This document shows, in pieces, positions 1 to 9,199 of a stretch of DNA of 56,357 nt. This DNA is from Candidatus Nomurabacteria bacterium GW2011_GWA2_40_9. Its GTDB lineage: Bacteria > Patescibacteriota > Minisyncoccia > Phycocordibacterales > UBA9973. A program made the translations under genes and the position numbers. Position 1 is the first letter of the stretch; every line of letters starts with the position of its first letter. The DNA lies in the NCBI GenBank assembly GCA_000993955.1, contig LBZW01000006.1:1-56357 (forward strand), read 5' to 3'. The notes under the pieces are model-generated. The model ran no database searches, was not told the DNA's origin, and saw only the letters and a program-made list of their open reading frames with translations.

Positions 1-666
1 GGAAAACTTTTCTTTTTTAACTACCCGAATAACCCCACATCTGCCACAGCTTCACTCTCTTTCTTTGAAGAAGTTACCAACTGGGCTAAAAAACAAGAAA
101 CTCTTCTCTGTCACGATGCTGCTTATAGTGAAATTTATTTTGGTAAAGATCCTAGTCCCAGCATTTTACAAATTCCGGAGGCCAAAGATATTTCTATTGA
201 ATTTCATTCTCTTTCTAAAACCTTTAATATGACAGGCTGGAGAGTCGGTTTTGCCGTTGGCAATGCAAAACTCATTGAAGCCCTTGGAAAAATAAAAACC
301 AATGTAGATTCAGGCCAATTCTTGGCCATTCAACATGCTGCGTCCATTGCTCTTCAAAAAGGAGATTTTTTTATTCAAGAACAACAGTCGACCTTTTTAA
401 AACGCCGAAATCTTCTGGTATCTGGACTACATTCTATAGGGCTTGAAGTTTTCCCCTCAGATAGTACTTTTTATGTCTGGACCAAAGTGCCCAATCCATA
501 CAGTTCCATTGAATTTAGTACCACTCTTCTTAATAAACTGGGCATCGTTACTACCCCTGGAGTGGGGTTTGGAGATGCAGGTGAAGGTTATATTCGCTTT
601 TCTCTCACTGTCCCAGAAGAACAAACATTAAAAGCACTGAACAAACTAAAACACTTCTCTTTATGA
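1..666 (+). CDS. Class I/II PLP-dependent aminotransferase, C-terminal part (5' end lies outside the window); LL-diaminopimelate/aspartate aminotransferase-like
   Basis: Frame 1 is open from base 1. Motifs NYPNNPT and SLSKTFNMTGWRVG (PLP-lysine motif) are present. ATGA overlap with the next gene. Confidence 0.8.
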   Translation, partial: GKLFFFNYPNNPTSATASLSFFEEVTNWAKKQETLLCHDAAYSEIYFGKDPSPSILQIPEAKDISIEFHSLSKTFNMTGWRVGFAVGNAKLIEALGKIKTNVDSGQFLAIQHAASIALQKGDFFIQEQQSTFLKRRNLLVSGLHSIGLEVFPSDSTFYVWTKVPNPYSSIEFSTTLLNKLGIVTTPGVGFGDAGEGYIRFSLTVPEEQTLKALNKLKHFSL

Positions 667-2795
667 TAAATTCAAATCGAATTAATATTGCTGTCATTGG
701 CGCTGGAAAGATGGTTCAGGGAGTACATCTCCCCCTGATTAAAAAGCTAAAAGATCTTGGATATTATAATCTGTCTCTTATCTGTGATATCAATTGCAGC
801 TTGGCTAAACAAAGTGCTTACCATTATAAATTTAATAATTTTACCGCTAATGCAGAAAATGTTTTTTCCGATGATAAGATCAATGCTGTTTATATTTTTG
901 GGACAACAGAGATGCATTATGAATACTCTCTAAAAGCTTTATCTGCCGGAAAACATGTCTTCATAGAAAAACCGCCAGCCCCAACATGGAAAAGATGTTT
1001 AGAAATTGAAAAGTTAGCCCAAAAGAATAATTTAACGTGCGTAGTAGGTTTTAATAGAAGATTTCAATCAAATATTCAACTGGCAAAGAATACATTAAGC
1101 AAAATATCAAAAATTCAAAGTATGGAAGCAGTATATCATCAGGCAGTTTTAGACATTGATATCCCCTATCATGCAACCAGCTGGCTCCAAGCGGCAGGGA
1201 TTCATGCTCTTGATTCTTTATGTTATTTTATGGATGATCTCCCATCAGAAATATTCTCCATATGCGATCCCATTAATTATCAGAAATCTCAGAATTTTTC
1301 TACAGTATTAAAATGGCCTAGTGGGGCACACGCAACACTGACAATGAACAATACTTCAGGCACTAGACAAGAACGATATTTTATCCATGGATTAGCAGCA
1401 TCTTTTTTATGTGATGGAATTAGCTTATCAAGATATATAAATAATTCTGTCCAATTAAAAAAATTTCCTTATACATATCTTAATAGAGGTTACGAGGGTG
1501 AACATCTGGAGTTTATTTCTGCTATTCGTAATAAGTATAAGCCTATCCATGACATTCATCATGGAGTCACAGCACTACATTTAGTCGAGCTTATAGAAAC
1601 TGGTTTCACTGGAAAAATATCTTGGAACTCAATTTTTCAGAATCACAATATAGATAGCCCAAAAGAAATACAATCCAACCATCCCCAATTAATCCACTCA
1701 AAGAAAGATGGGATTTTAATTTTAAATTCTAATATGATTAAGAATCAACTATTAAAAATAGAAAAAAAATATGACTTATTTTTTTATGAACGCTATAACT
1801 TCCTGTCCCAGGATGAAAAAAATAGAATCATAGCTCTTATTACAGGTTATGGAGGACAACCTATGGAAACTCACCTCTTAAATGAGCTTGTATCATTAAA
1901 GGTCGTAGGAATAGTTGGCGCATCCGTAAAAGCTTATCATCCAGAATTACTTTTGAAAAAAAATATCCCGATTATAAATGTTCCAGAAGCTATAGCGGAA
2001 GCTGTAGCAGAATTTGCTCTCATGATGGCCATCTTAGGCATTACCGGAGCCTTAACGGCTCATGAAAATATGAGAAAAGGACGTTGGAATCATTCCGGCA
2101 TCTACTCAGATATAATCCAATGGATAAAAAAAATTATTAAAACAACTCCCTTAGCCGATATTATCAAACCTTGGTATATACGATTAAATGAGAGAAAATA
2201 TAGCTCAAGAAATCTTAGTATTACATCAGGACCTAGAAATCTCCAGGGAGCCTCTATTGGATTAATCGGCTATGGTGCCTGCTCTAGAAAATTTATTGAC
2301 CTACTAAAAGTATTTAATTGTAAAATTAGAATATTCTCAGATCATCTTTCTTCTGACGAAGCATCTCAACTAGGGCTTGAAAAAACTGAGCTAGCAAAGG
2401 TTTTATCATCTCAAATTGTTTCTATCCATAGAGGCTTTACTGATAAAACAGAGCGAAGCATTGGAGAAATAGAATTGAATATTTTAAAACCAGGAACAGT
2501 TTTAATCAATACGGCACGCGGTGGAATAATAGATACAAAAGCCTTAATTAAGCGCCTTAAAAAAGGAGATATTTTTGCATGCTTGGATGTATTTGAACTA
2601 GAACCATTAGACAGAAAAAATATTCTTAGAAAATTACCCAATGTATTTTTAACCCCTCATCTCGCAGGTGCCTCTCCTTGGAGCCAAGAAAATGCTGTAC
2701 AAACTCTCGTTAAAAAAGTCCTTTCATTTCTTGAAGAAGAAAAATTAGATTACCCACCCATTCAATCGGAAGAACGATTAAAAACAATGACATAA
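663..2795 (+). CDS. Fusion protein: N-terminal Gfo/Idh/MocA-type oxidoreductase plus C-terminal D-isomer-specific 2-hydroxyacid dehydrogenase (NAD-binding) domain
   Basis: N-terminal Rossmann motif INIAVIGAGKMVQG and FIEKPPA (EKP signature). The C-terminal half has GLIGYGACSRKF, INTARGGIID and TPHLAGAS, typical of 2-hydroxyacid dehydrogenases. Confidence 0.65.
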   Translation: MINSNRINIAVIGAGKMVQGVHLPLIKKLKDLGYYNLSLICDINCSLAKQSAYHYKFNNFTANAENVFSDDKINAVYIFGTTEMHYEYSLKALSAGKHVFIEKPPAPTWKRCLEIEKLAQKNNLTCVVGFNRRFQSNIQLAKNTLSKISKIQSMEAVYHQAVLDIDIPYHATSWLQAAGIHALDSLCYFMDDLPSEIFSICDPINYQKSQNFSTVLKWPSGAHATLTMNNTSGTRQERYFIHGLAASFLCDGISLSRYINNSVQLKKFPYTYLNRGYEGEHLEFISAIRNKYKPIHDIHHGVTALHLVELIETGFTGKISWNSIFQNHNIDSPKEIQSNHPQLIHSKKDGILILNSNMIKNQLLKIEKKYDLFFYERYNFLSQDEKNRIIALITGYGGQPMETHLLNELVSLKVVGIVGASVKAYHPELLLKKNIPIINVPEAIAEAVAEFALMMAILGITGALTAHENMRKGRWNHSGIYSDIIQWIKKIIKTTPLADIIKPWYIRLNERKYSSRNLSITSGPRNLQGASIGLIGYGACSRKFIDLLKVFNCKIRIFSDHLSSDEASQLGLEKTELAKVLSSQIVSIHRGFTDKTERSIGEIELNILKPGTVLINTARGGIIDTKALIKRLKKGDIFACLDVFELEPLDRKNILRKLPNVFLTPHLAGASPWSQENAVQTLVKKVLSFLEEEKLDYPPIQSEERLKTMT

Positions 2796-2857
2796 TCTCT
2801 TTGAACGAACTGTCATTATAGAATTCTGAACATGCCCCTCATTAGAAAGATGGAAAA

Positions 2858-3616
2858 TTGAAAAAGCTGAGTCGAAAAAGAAAATATAATTGGAAGCCTG
2901 ATCTGCCCGACCAAAGAGATTTTTCATTTTCATTAAAAGTGGCTGCTCCGGTAAGCATCCCCACACAGATCGATCTCAGAAAAAAGTGTTCTCCTATTGA
3001 AGACCAAGGACAAATCGGCAGTTGTACAGGAAATGCCTTGGCTGGCCTTATTGAATATCTAGATCTCTATCCGGACGGAACATTTGAAGATGTCAGTCGA
3101 CTATTTATTTATTATAATGAACGGTTATTAGAAAATACAACCAATGAAGATTCAGGAGCATCGCTCAGAGATGGGATCAAAGCTTTAGCCACTTGGGGAG
3201 TGTGTCGAGAAACACTTTGGCCTTACTCACCAAAAAATGTTTTCAATAAACCCACAAAAAAAGTTTACCTAGAAGCAAAAGAACACTGCATTTCTACCTA
3301 TTTCCGCCTAAATTCTCTCAATGAACTTAAACAATGCCTTGCCCTGAAGTTTCCTTTTGTCTTTGGATTTGCCGTTTATGAATCTTTTGAAACAATTCAA
3401 GTAGCTAGAACAGGAATCATGCCCATGCCCAAAAAAAGCGAGCGGATGATTGGAGGGCATGCCGTCATGGCGGTAGGCTATGATGACAATAAAAAACGGG
3501 TTCTCGTACGCAATAGCTGGGGCAAAAACTGGGGACAAAAAGGCTATTTTTGGATGCCCTATGAGTATATTGAAAGTAGAAATTTGGCCCTTGATTTTTG
3601 GACCATTCGAAAATAG
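2858..3616 (+). CDS. Papain-like (C1A family) cysteine peptidase
   Basis: Catalytic motifs QGQIGSCTGNA (Cys), GGHAVMAVGYDD (His) and NSWGKNWGQKGYFWMPY (Asn/Trp). TTG start as given in the ORF track. No obvious N-terminal signal peptide. Confidence 0.8.
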   Translation: MKKLSRKRKYNWKPDLPDQRDFSFSLKVAAPVSIPTQIDLRKKCSPIEDQGQIGSCTGNALAGLIEYLDLYPDGTFEDVSRLFIYYNERLLENTTNEDSGASLRDGIKALATWGVCRETLWPYSPKNVFNKPTKKVYLEAKEHCISTYFRLNSLNELKQCLALKFPFVFGFAVYESFETIQVARTGIMPMPKKSERMIGGHAVMAVGYDDNKKRVLVRNSWGKNWGQKGYFWMPYEYIESRNLALDFWTIRK

Positions 3617-3677
3617 ATAAAACACGATTTTTGGGGTATGTAATCCCAATTTATCGGATATATTGGTATTAGGAATA

Positions 3678-4127
3678 ATGAAATCTAAGAAACACATTGC
3701 CTATATTGGCATAGGATCTAACCTCGGAGGTAGATTAAAAAACTGCAAAAATGCTGTTCAAAAAATTAATCAGCACCCTGAAATTTTTGTTATAAAAACA
3801 TCTTCTTGGATTGAGACAGAGCCTATTGGCTACACAGATCAACCTAAATTCATGAATGGCGCTATTGAAATAAAAACTAGTCTCACACCACAGAAACTCT
3901 TAAAAACACTTCAACAGATTGAAAAAGGCATGGGCCGAAAAAAAACGTTTAAATGGGGGCCTAGAATTATTGATCTTGATATTTTGCTTTATGATAATCA
4001 AGTTATTCAAACTTCAAAACTTACCATTCCCCATTCACATCTTAAAGAAAGAGAGTTTGTTAAAATCCCTCTTTTAGAAATTAATTCTAATTTAAATTTT
4101 ATCTTTGACATATCGAGCAATAGCTAG
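3678..4127 (+). CDS. folK: 2-amino-4-hydroxy-6-hydroxymethyldihydropteridine pyrophosphokinase (HPPK)
   Basis: YIGIGSNLG, TEPIGYTDQPKFMNG, WGPRIIDLDILLY and IPHSHLKEREFV motifs. ATG at 3678 is preferred over the TTG at 3663. Confidence 0.85.
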   Translation: MKSKKHIAYIGIGSNLGGRLKNCKNAVQKINQHPEIFVIKTSSWIETEPIGYTDQPKFMNGAIEIKTSLTPQKLLKTLQQIEKGMGRKKTFKWGPRIIDLDILLYDNQVIQTSKLTIPHSHLKEREFVKIPLLEINSNLNFIFDISSNS

Positions 4128-5165
4128 CGAAGCAGTCAGCCCAGGACTTTCAATGCCAACTAAATTAAAAAATTGAGGCGGATCTTCTGAAATAACAAAA
4201 TCTTTTTCTTCCTTTTCATCAAAGGCTCTTAATTTTGGGCGAATACCACAGGTTTCATAACTCAGCATATCTGATTTTAATCCATCCAATAACTGAGATG
4301 CTGATTCATAAAACTTCATGAGCTTTTCTGGCTTAGATCCAAAGTTTTCTTTAGAATCACTCGGTTCACAATCGGGACCTAAAAAATAATTACCCTCCAT
4401 ATTCATCGTTAAATGTACCCCCAAACCACTCGCAGTGGGCTGACGCACAGGATACACAAGTTGATCTATCTTATAAGGAAGTTTTACTTTAAAATAATCT
4501 CCACGCCAGGGATAAATTGTATATTTATGAATTCCAGCCATTTTGGCAATTTCATCTGCATATAATCCTGCTGAATTAATCACAATATCGCATGGGATAT
4601 CTCCCCTTGTGGTATGAATAGTATATCCTTCTTTATACGTAATCCCTTGAACTTCACAATCAAAATGAAATTGAGCAGATTTTTTCATAGCCTCAACATA
4701 CAAACTCCGACAAAAAGCAGGCACATCCACAATCCCACTTTCAGAAGAATATAAAGCTTTCACACCTTTAATATAAGGACTTATGCTTTGTATTTCTAGT
4801 TTTGATAAAAATTTTAAATAATTTTCTTTTACTCCACTTTTCAAAGCGTTTTGATATAGATTTTCAAGCCAAATTTCATCTTCTGACTTAGCTGCAACAA
4901 CCAATTTTCCAGTTTTTTTATGCGGGATAGATTTTTGTGTGCACCACTGATATAAAAGCTCTCTACCCTCTTGGCATAGTGTAGATTTTAATGAGTAAGG
5001 TGGATAGTAAAGCCCCGCATGTATCACACCGCTATTGCGACTCGTCACTCCTTCTCCAAAAGAACTATTTTTTTCAATAATATGAATATCTGTATTTTCA
5101 TTAGCAATTTCTTGCGCAATGGCACAACCAACAACTCCTGCTCCAATAATAACAATTGTTGTCAT
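4092..5165 (-). CDS. FAD-dependent oxidoreductase (DAO family; L-2-hydroxyglutarate oxidase-like)
   Basis: N-terminal dinucleotide-binding motif VIIGAGVVGCAIAQEIA. Length and layout fit DAO-family flavoproteins. 36-nt convergent overlap with folK. Confidence 0.6.
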   Translation of the reverse strand: MTTIVIIGAGVVGCAIAQEIANENTDIHIIEKNSSFGEGVTSRNSGVIHAGLYYPPYSLKSTLCQEGRELLYQWCTQKSIPHKKTGKLVVAAKSEDEIWLENLYQNALKSGVKENYLKFLSKLEIQSISPYIKGVKALYSSESGIVDVPAFCRSLYVEAMKKSAQFHFDCEVQGITYKEGYTIHTTRGDIPCDIVINSAGLYADEIAKMAGIHKYTIYPWRGDYFKVKLPYKIDQLVYPVRQPTASGLGVHLTMNMEGNYFLGPDCEPSDSKENFGSKPEKLMKFYESASQLLDGLKSDMLSYETCGIRPKLRAFDEKEEKDFVISEDPPQFFNLVGIESPGLTASLAIARYVKDKI

Positions 5166-5173
5166 AATTAATT

Positions 5174-6199
5174 CTATACTTTATCGTTAACACTAACATT
5201 GCCATACTTATTTGGATGGTCTCTAAAATCATGAAAACGACCTTCATTCAAAGCCGTAAGGATTTCATAGATACCATTCTCTACAGAATACATAGGTTCA
5301 AAAGAAAGACAGTCTAATATTTTTTGAAAGGACACACAGTAATTTCTTTGATCAATGATTTTTTGAGTATATTCTATATCAACATCTGTATACGGCAATT
5401 GAGCAATAATTTTATCAATAATCATCTGTTTATTGTAATTATTACCACCAACGTTAAAAATCTCAAAATAAATTTTATGAGAGGGCGCACTTAAAATTTT
5501 TAAAATAGCCAAAGAAAGATCTTTTACATGGCAATAAGGTCTCCAAGTTTGAGCATCAAAAACTGAAAGTTTTTCTTTAAAAAAGAGCGCCCTTGTAAAA
5601 TCGTTGATCGTTAAATCAAATCGCATTCTTGAAGAGAGACCAAATGCTGTACTGAAGCGCACAATGGTTGCACAATAATCTACCTTATTTTTTAAAGCCA
5701 AAATATTTTGTTCAACAGATACCTTAGCTCTTGCATAATCAGAGAGCGGATTTAAAGGGAAATCCTCGTCTGCTAGAATACCTTCTTTCATGATCCCATA
5801 ATTTGAACAGGTTGAGGCAAAAACAACTCTTTCAAGCTGTTTTCCATGAAAGAATTGAATTAAATGAAGCATCCCAACCTCATTTAATGCCTTTGCTATT
5901 GTGGGATATCTTTTGCAGATAGGATCCCCTACCAAACCAGCAAGGATGATAACATCTGTCACTCCCAATAACGCACGATTTAAGATGATATCATTTCTAA
6001 AATCTTCATTAATAAATTGAAAGCGCTGATAGGCCTTCAAGCTCTTCACTTCTGGAGTTTGCTGGTAAAGCAAATTATCCAAAACACAGACGGTTGCTCC
6101 ACTTTCTAAAAGCAGAGGGGTTAGCACTGAACCTATATAACCCATCCCACCTATCACTAAAATTTTCTTTGACTTCATACTACTTACAGATTCCTCCAT
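5174..6199 (-). CDS. NAD-dependent sugar-nucleotide epimerase/dehydratase (SDR); candidate 4,6-dehydratase of the nonulosonic acid module
   Basis: ILVIGGMGYIGS glycine-rich motif and YARAKVSVE (YxxxK). The start could also be the internal ATG at 6178. Confidence 0.7.
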   Translation of the reverse strand: MEESVSSMKSKKILVIGGMGYIGSVLTPLLLESGATVCVLDNLLYQQTPEVKSLKAYQRFQFINEDFRNDIILNRALLGVTDVIILAGLVGDPICKRYPTIAKALNEVGMLHLIQFFHGKQLERVVFASTCSNYGIMKEGILADEDFPLNPLSDYARAKVSVEQNILALKNKVDYCATIVRFSTAFGLSSRMRFDLTINDFTRALFFKEKLSVFDAQTWRPYCHVKDLSLAILKILSAPSHKIYFEIFNVGGNNYNKQMIIDKIIAQLPYTDVDIEYTQKIIDQRNYCVSFQKILDCLSFEPMYSVENGIYEILTALNEGRFHDFRDHPNKYGNVSVNDKV

Positions 6200-6201
6200 T
6201 C

Positions 6202-6230
6202 TTGCTTTAAGCTATAAGTCAGTATATATA
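6202..6230 (+). promoter_or_regulatory. Possible sigma70-like promoter in the divergent spacer (TTGCTT, 17 nt, TATATA) for the 6240 operon
   Basis: Hexamers read directly at 6202-6207 and 6225-6230. The predicted transcript would be almost leaderless. AT-rich DNA gives many chance matches. Confidence 0.2.
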
Positions 6231-6239
6231 TCTAAGCGA

Positions 6240-7328
6240 ATGACTGATAAAAAACAAATCGAAAAATTGTGTATTGGGCCAGACGAAACACTTCTAAATA
6301 CAATGAAAAAACTAAGCGCCAACAGTGAAAAAATTCTCTTTGTGATTAATCAAAGTAAGCAACTCATCGGCTCTATTACGGATGGCGACATTCGTCGTGC
6401 TCTTATTCGAGGATCAAATTATGACATCAAAGCAGTTAAAGTAATGTACCCTAAACCCAGATATATATTATTTGATGATGTTCACAAAAATCAAATAGCT
6501 AAACAACTTTTTCTAGATGAAAAATTTCCAGCCATTCCCATTTTAAATCATCAAAGACAGATAGAAACCATCTTATATTGGTATGATCTTTTTAAGGGTA
6601 ATCCAATAAATAAATATCCCCGCGCAACGTATTCTCATCCGATTGTGATTATGGCTGGGGGCAAAGGAGTTCGCCTAAATCCATTTACTAAAATTTTACC
6701 AAAACCTCTATTACCTGTTCAAGGTGTTCCCATTCTTAAAAAAATAATGGATAAGTTTTATCAAGAAGGCTTTACAAAATTCATCGTCATTCTCAACTAC
6801 AAAAAAGATTTAATTAAAATGTATCTAAAGGAAAATAAATTTCCTTATGAAATTGCGTGCATAGAAGAAAGTGCTTACCAAGGTACATGCGGAGGTTTAA
6901 AAAAAACAATCCCTTTCATTGACCAATCTTTTATAGTTACCAACTGCGACGTCCTCTTAAATAATTATACGGGAGATATTTTGGATTGGCACAAGAATCA
7001 AAATGCAGACATCACCTTAGTAGCCTCCACAAAAGAAATGATTATTCCTTATGGAGTACTCGAATCCAAGAATGGACAATTTAAAGGCATTCGCGAGAAA
7101 CCAAAATTTACAATGCTGATTAATTCAGGTGTTTATGTATTTAAACCTAATGTTCTTGATTTAATCGGAGAAAAAGAATTTTTAAATATGAATACCTTTC
7201 TAGAAAGGTGTGTAAAGAATAAAAAAAATATTGCCATTTTCCCCCTATATGAAGAATGGTTCGATTTTGGTCAATGGAGAACCTACAAAGAAAGTTTGTG
7301 CCAACTCAAGAATGTATCAAAAACATAA
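6240..7328 (+). CDS. CBS-domain-containing sugar-1-phosphate nucleotidyltransferase (PtmE-like guanylyl/nucleotidyltransferase)
   Basis: N-terminal CBS pair (LIGSITDGDIRRALIRG) followed by the NTP-transferase motif VIMAGGKGVRLNPFTKILPKPLLPV. Confidence 0.7.
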   Translation: MTDKKQIEKLCIGPDETLLNTMKKLSANSEKILFVINQSKQLIGSITDGDIRRALIRGSNYDIKAVKVMYPKPRYILFDDVHKNQIAKQLFLDEKFPAIPILNHQRQIETILYWYDLFKGNPINKYPRATYSHPIVIMAGGKGVRLNPFTKILPKPLLPVQGVPILKKIMDKFYQEGFTKFIVILNYKKDLIKMYLKENKFPYEIACIEESAYQGTCGGLKKTIPFIDQSFIVTNCDVLLNNYTGDILDWHKNQNADITLVASTKEMIIPYGVLESKNGQFKGIREKPKFTMLINSGVYVFKPNVLDLIGEKEFLNMNTFLERCVKNKKNIAIFPLYEEWFDFGQWRTYKESLCQLKNVSKT

Positions 7329-8037
7329 AATATTAGGTTTTATTGGCGCCAGAGGTGGGTCAAAAGGGATTCAGGATAAAAACATTGCTCCATTTTGTGA
7401 CAAACCTCTCATCGCTTGGACCATGGAAGCAGCACGCAATTCAAAGTACTTAGATCGAACCATTGTTTCAACAGATTCTCCAAAAATATTTGAGATCGCA
7501 AAAAAGTTTGGAGCAGATGTACCTTTTTTACGTCCATCACGTCTTGCAAAAGATCACACTCCTGTTCAGCCTGCCATCTCTCACGCTTTGGAATGGATTA
7601 AAAAAAATGATATGGAAATTTATGATATTGTTGTTCTTTTACAACCCACATCGCCCCTACGAACACATATACACATTGATCACGCTTTAGAATTTTATTT
7701 TAAGAATAGAAAATCTCTGAGAGACACACTGGTTTCTGTAATTAGAGCACCCCAGAAAATGGGATGGCTCTTAAAAGAAACCTCTTTGGGATATGTAAAA
7801 GACTGTTTTGATATTTTGAAAACAAATCAAAGACAATCTTTATCCAATTTTTATTATTCCAATGGCGCTATTTTTATAACCCCCATTTATTCACATAAAC
7901 ACATTCAATTTTATACAAATCGAACACTACCTTATGTAATGCCGCCTGAGGTTTCAATAGATATTGATACCGATAAAGATTTTAAAATAGCAAAAAACTC
8001 TATGGTACGCCTATTAAATTCGAAGAAACACTTTTGA
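7312..8037 (+). CDS. Acylneuraminate (nonulosonate) cytidylyltransferase family, NeuA/LegF/PseF-like
   Basis: GFIGARGGSKGIQDKNI, LLQPTSPLR and SIDIDTDKDF motifs. The ATG at 7312 is chosen because the family N-terminus starts there; the track ORF from 7231 is an upstream extension. Confidence 0.8.
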   Translation: MYQKHKILGFIGARGGSKGIQDKNIAPFCDKPLIAWTMEAARNSKYLDRTIVSTDSPKIFEIAKKFGADVPFLRPSRLAKDHTPVQPAISHALEWIKKNDMEIYDIVVLLQPTSPLRTHIHIDHALEFYFKNRKSLRDTLVSVIRAPQKMGWLLKETSLGYVKDCFDILKTNQRQSLSNFYYSNGAIFITPIYSHKHIQFYTNRTLPYVMPPEVSIDIDTDKDFKIAKNSMVRLLNSKKHF

Positions 8038-9199
8038 TATCATAAAATTTTTTAAATAAAATATGATCCAAAGAAATATTTTCTAAAATTTTACACATTT
8101 TTTTGGAAGTATCCTTTATTTCATACAAAGACTGCGTATACTTCAATTGAGATTGAAAATCACTTGATAAAGCTTTTTGGATGGCACTAACAATAGCAGT
8201 CTCATTTTCCTTACAATCAATAATGGATCTGGCCTTTAACCTTCCTTCTTGTCTTTTTCCAATATTTACTGTTGGCTTTTTTAAAACAGGAGCTTCGATA
8301 ATGCCACTGGATGAGTTACCAATAAGAACATCACTGTTTTTTAAAACACTGCCGTACAACGATTGGCCCAATGAGGTAAAGAACATACATCTATCTGAAT
8401 GATTTCGAATATAGCGATGAATACTTTCTTCAATGATCTCACTCCTTGGATCACTATTATGTTGCGTAAATATAATGTGTGCATCTGGGAAATGATTCAA
8501 AGCCCGCAACAATTGAAATATTCCTTTTCTTTCTTTCTTATCTTCCAGAGTCAGAGGATGATACGTCACCAAAAATAGTGGGGAACGAAGCTGAAGGCCC
8601 AACTTACATTCCACTTCCTGACGACTCAATAAAGGAGACTTTTTATAAGATTCTAAACCTGGAGCACCCACCAAAAAAACAAAATTTGGCGACTCGCCCA
8701 ATTGAATGACTCGATGTCTGTACGCTTCAGCTGCTACAAAATGGATATGAGACATCTTAGTCAGCGCATGTCGAATCGCTTCATCTATAACACCTTGAGT
8801 AATTTCTCCCCCATGAATATGTGCGATTGGGATATTAGCCATCATTGCCGCCTGTGCAGCAATAAAAATTTCATATCGATCACCAAGAAGCAAAAGAATA
8901 TCTGATTTCAATGAATGAAATACTTTAGCAAATTGAATCAACCCTTTTCCCATAGACTGTGTTCTAGAAAGAGGCGAATCATCACTAAGTTGCAAATCAA
9001 CTTTTTTCAAAATTTTAAAACCATCCTTTAAGATCTCTTTATACGTCTCCCCATAGTTTTTGCTAATGTGCTGGCCCGTAGCAATGAGTTGCAAATGTAA
9101 TTTTTGACTTTTCTGAATTTCCTTCAATATCCAAAATAAATGCCCATAATCAGACCGATTTCCTGTAACAACTGTAATATTACGTTTCTTCAGGATCAT
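8000..9199 (-). CDS. NDP-N-acetylglucosamine 2-epimerase (hydrolysing), NeuC/LegG-like
   Basis: ITVVTGNRSDYG, IAHIHGGE and LIGNSSSGIIEAP motifs of the hydrolysing 2-epimerase family. Confidence 0.8.
   Translation of the reverse strand: MILKKRNITVVTGNRSDYGHLFWILKEIQKSQKLHLQLIATGQHISKNYGETYKEILKDGFKILKKVDLQLSDDSPLSRTQSMGKGLIQFAKVFHSLKSDILLLLGDRYEIFIAAQAAMMANIPIAHIHGGEITQGVIDEAIRHALTKMSHIHFVAAEAYRHRVIQLGESPNFVFLVGAPGLESYKKSPLLSRQEVECKLGLQLRSPLFLVTYHPLTLEDKKERKGIFQLLRALNHFPDAHIIFTQHNSDPRSEIIEESIHRYIRNHSDRCMFFTSLGQSLYGSVLKNSDVLIGNSSSGIIEAPVLKKPTVNIGKRQEGRLKARSIIDCKENETAIVSAIQKALSSDFQSQLKYTQSLYEIKDTSKKMCKILENISLDHILFKKFYDIKSVSSNLIGVP

Noticed and set aside
7231-7311. Upstream extension of the cytidylyltransferase ORF (track start 7231), and similar extensions at 18473, 23638, 44899 and 53061.
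   Set aside because: The extensions overlap the preceding gene in another frame and precede the conserved family N-terminus. Internal ATGs give canonical short overlaps or spacers.
4092-8037. Convergent gene overlaps (folK versus the FAD oxidoreductase, 36 nt; cytidylyltransferase versus the 2-epimerase, 38 nt) as possible antisense regulation.
   Set aside because: These probably reflect compact genome organisation and lenient 3' ends. No hairpins or terminators are visible, and there is no specific evidence for regulation.
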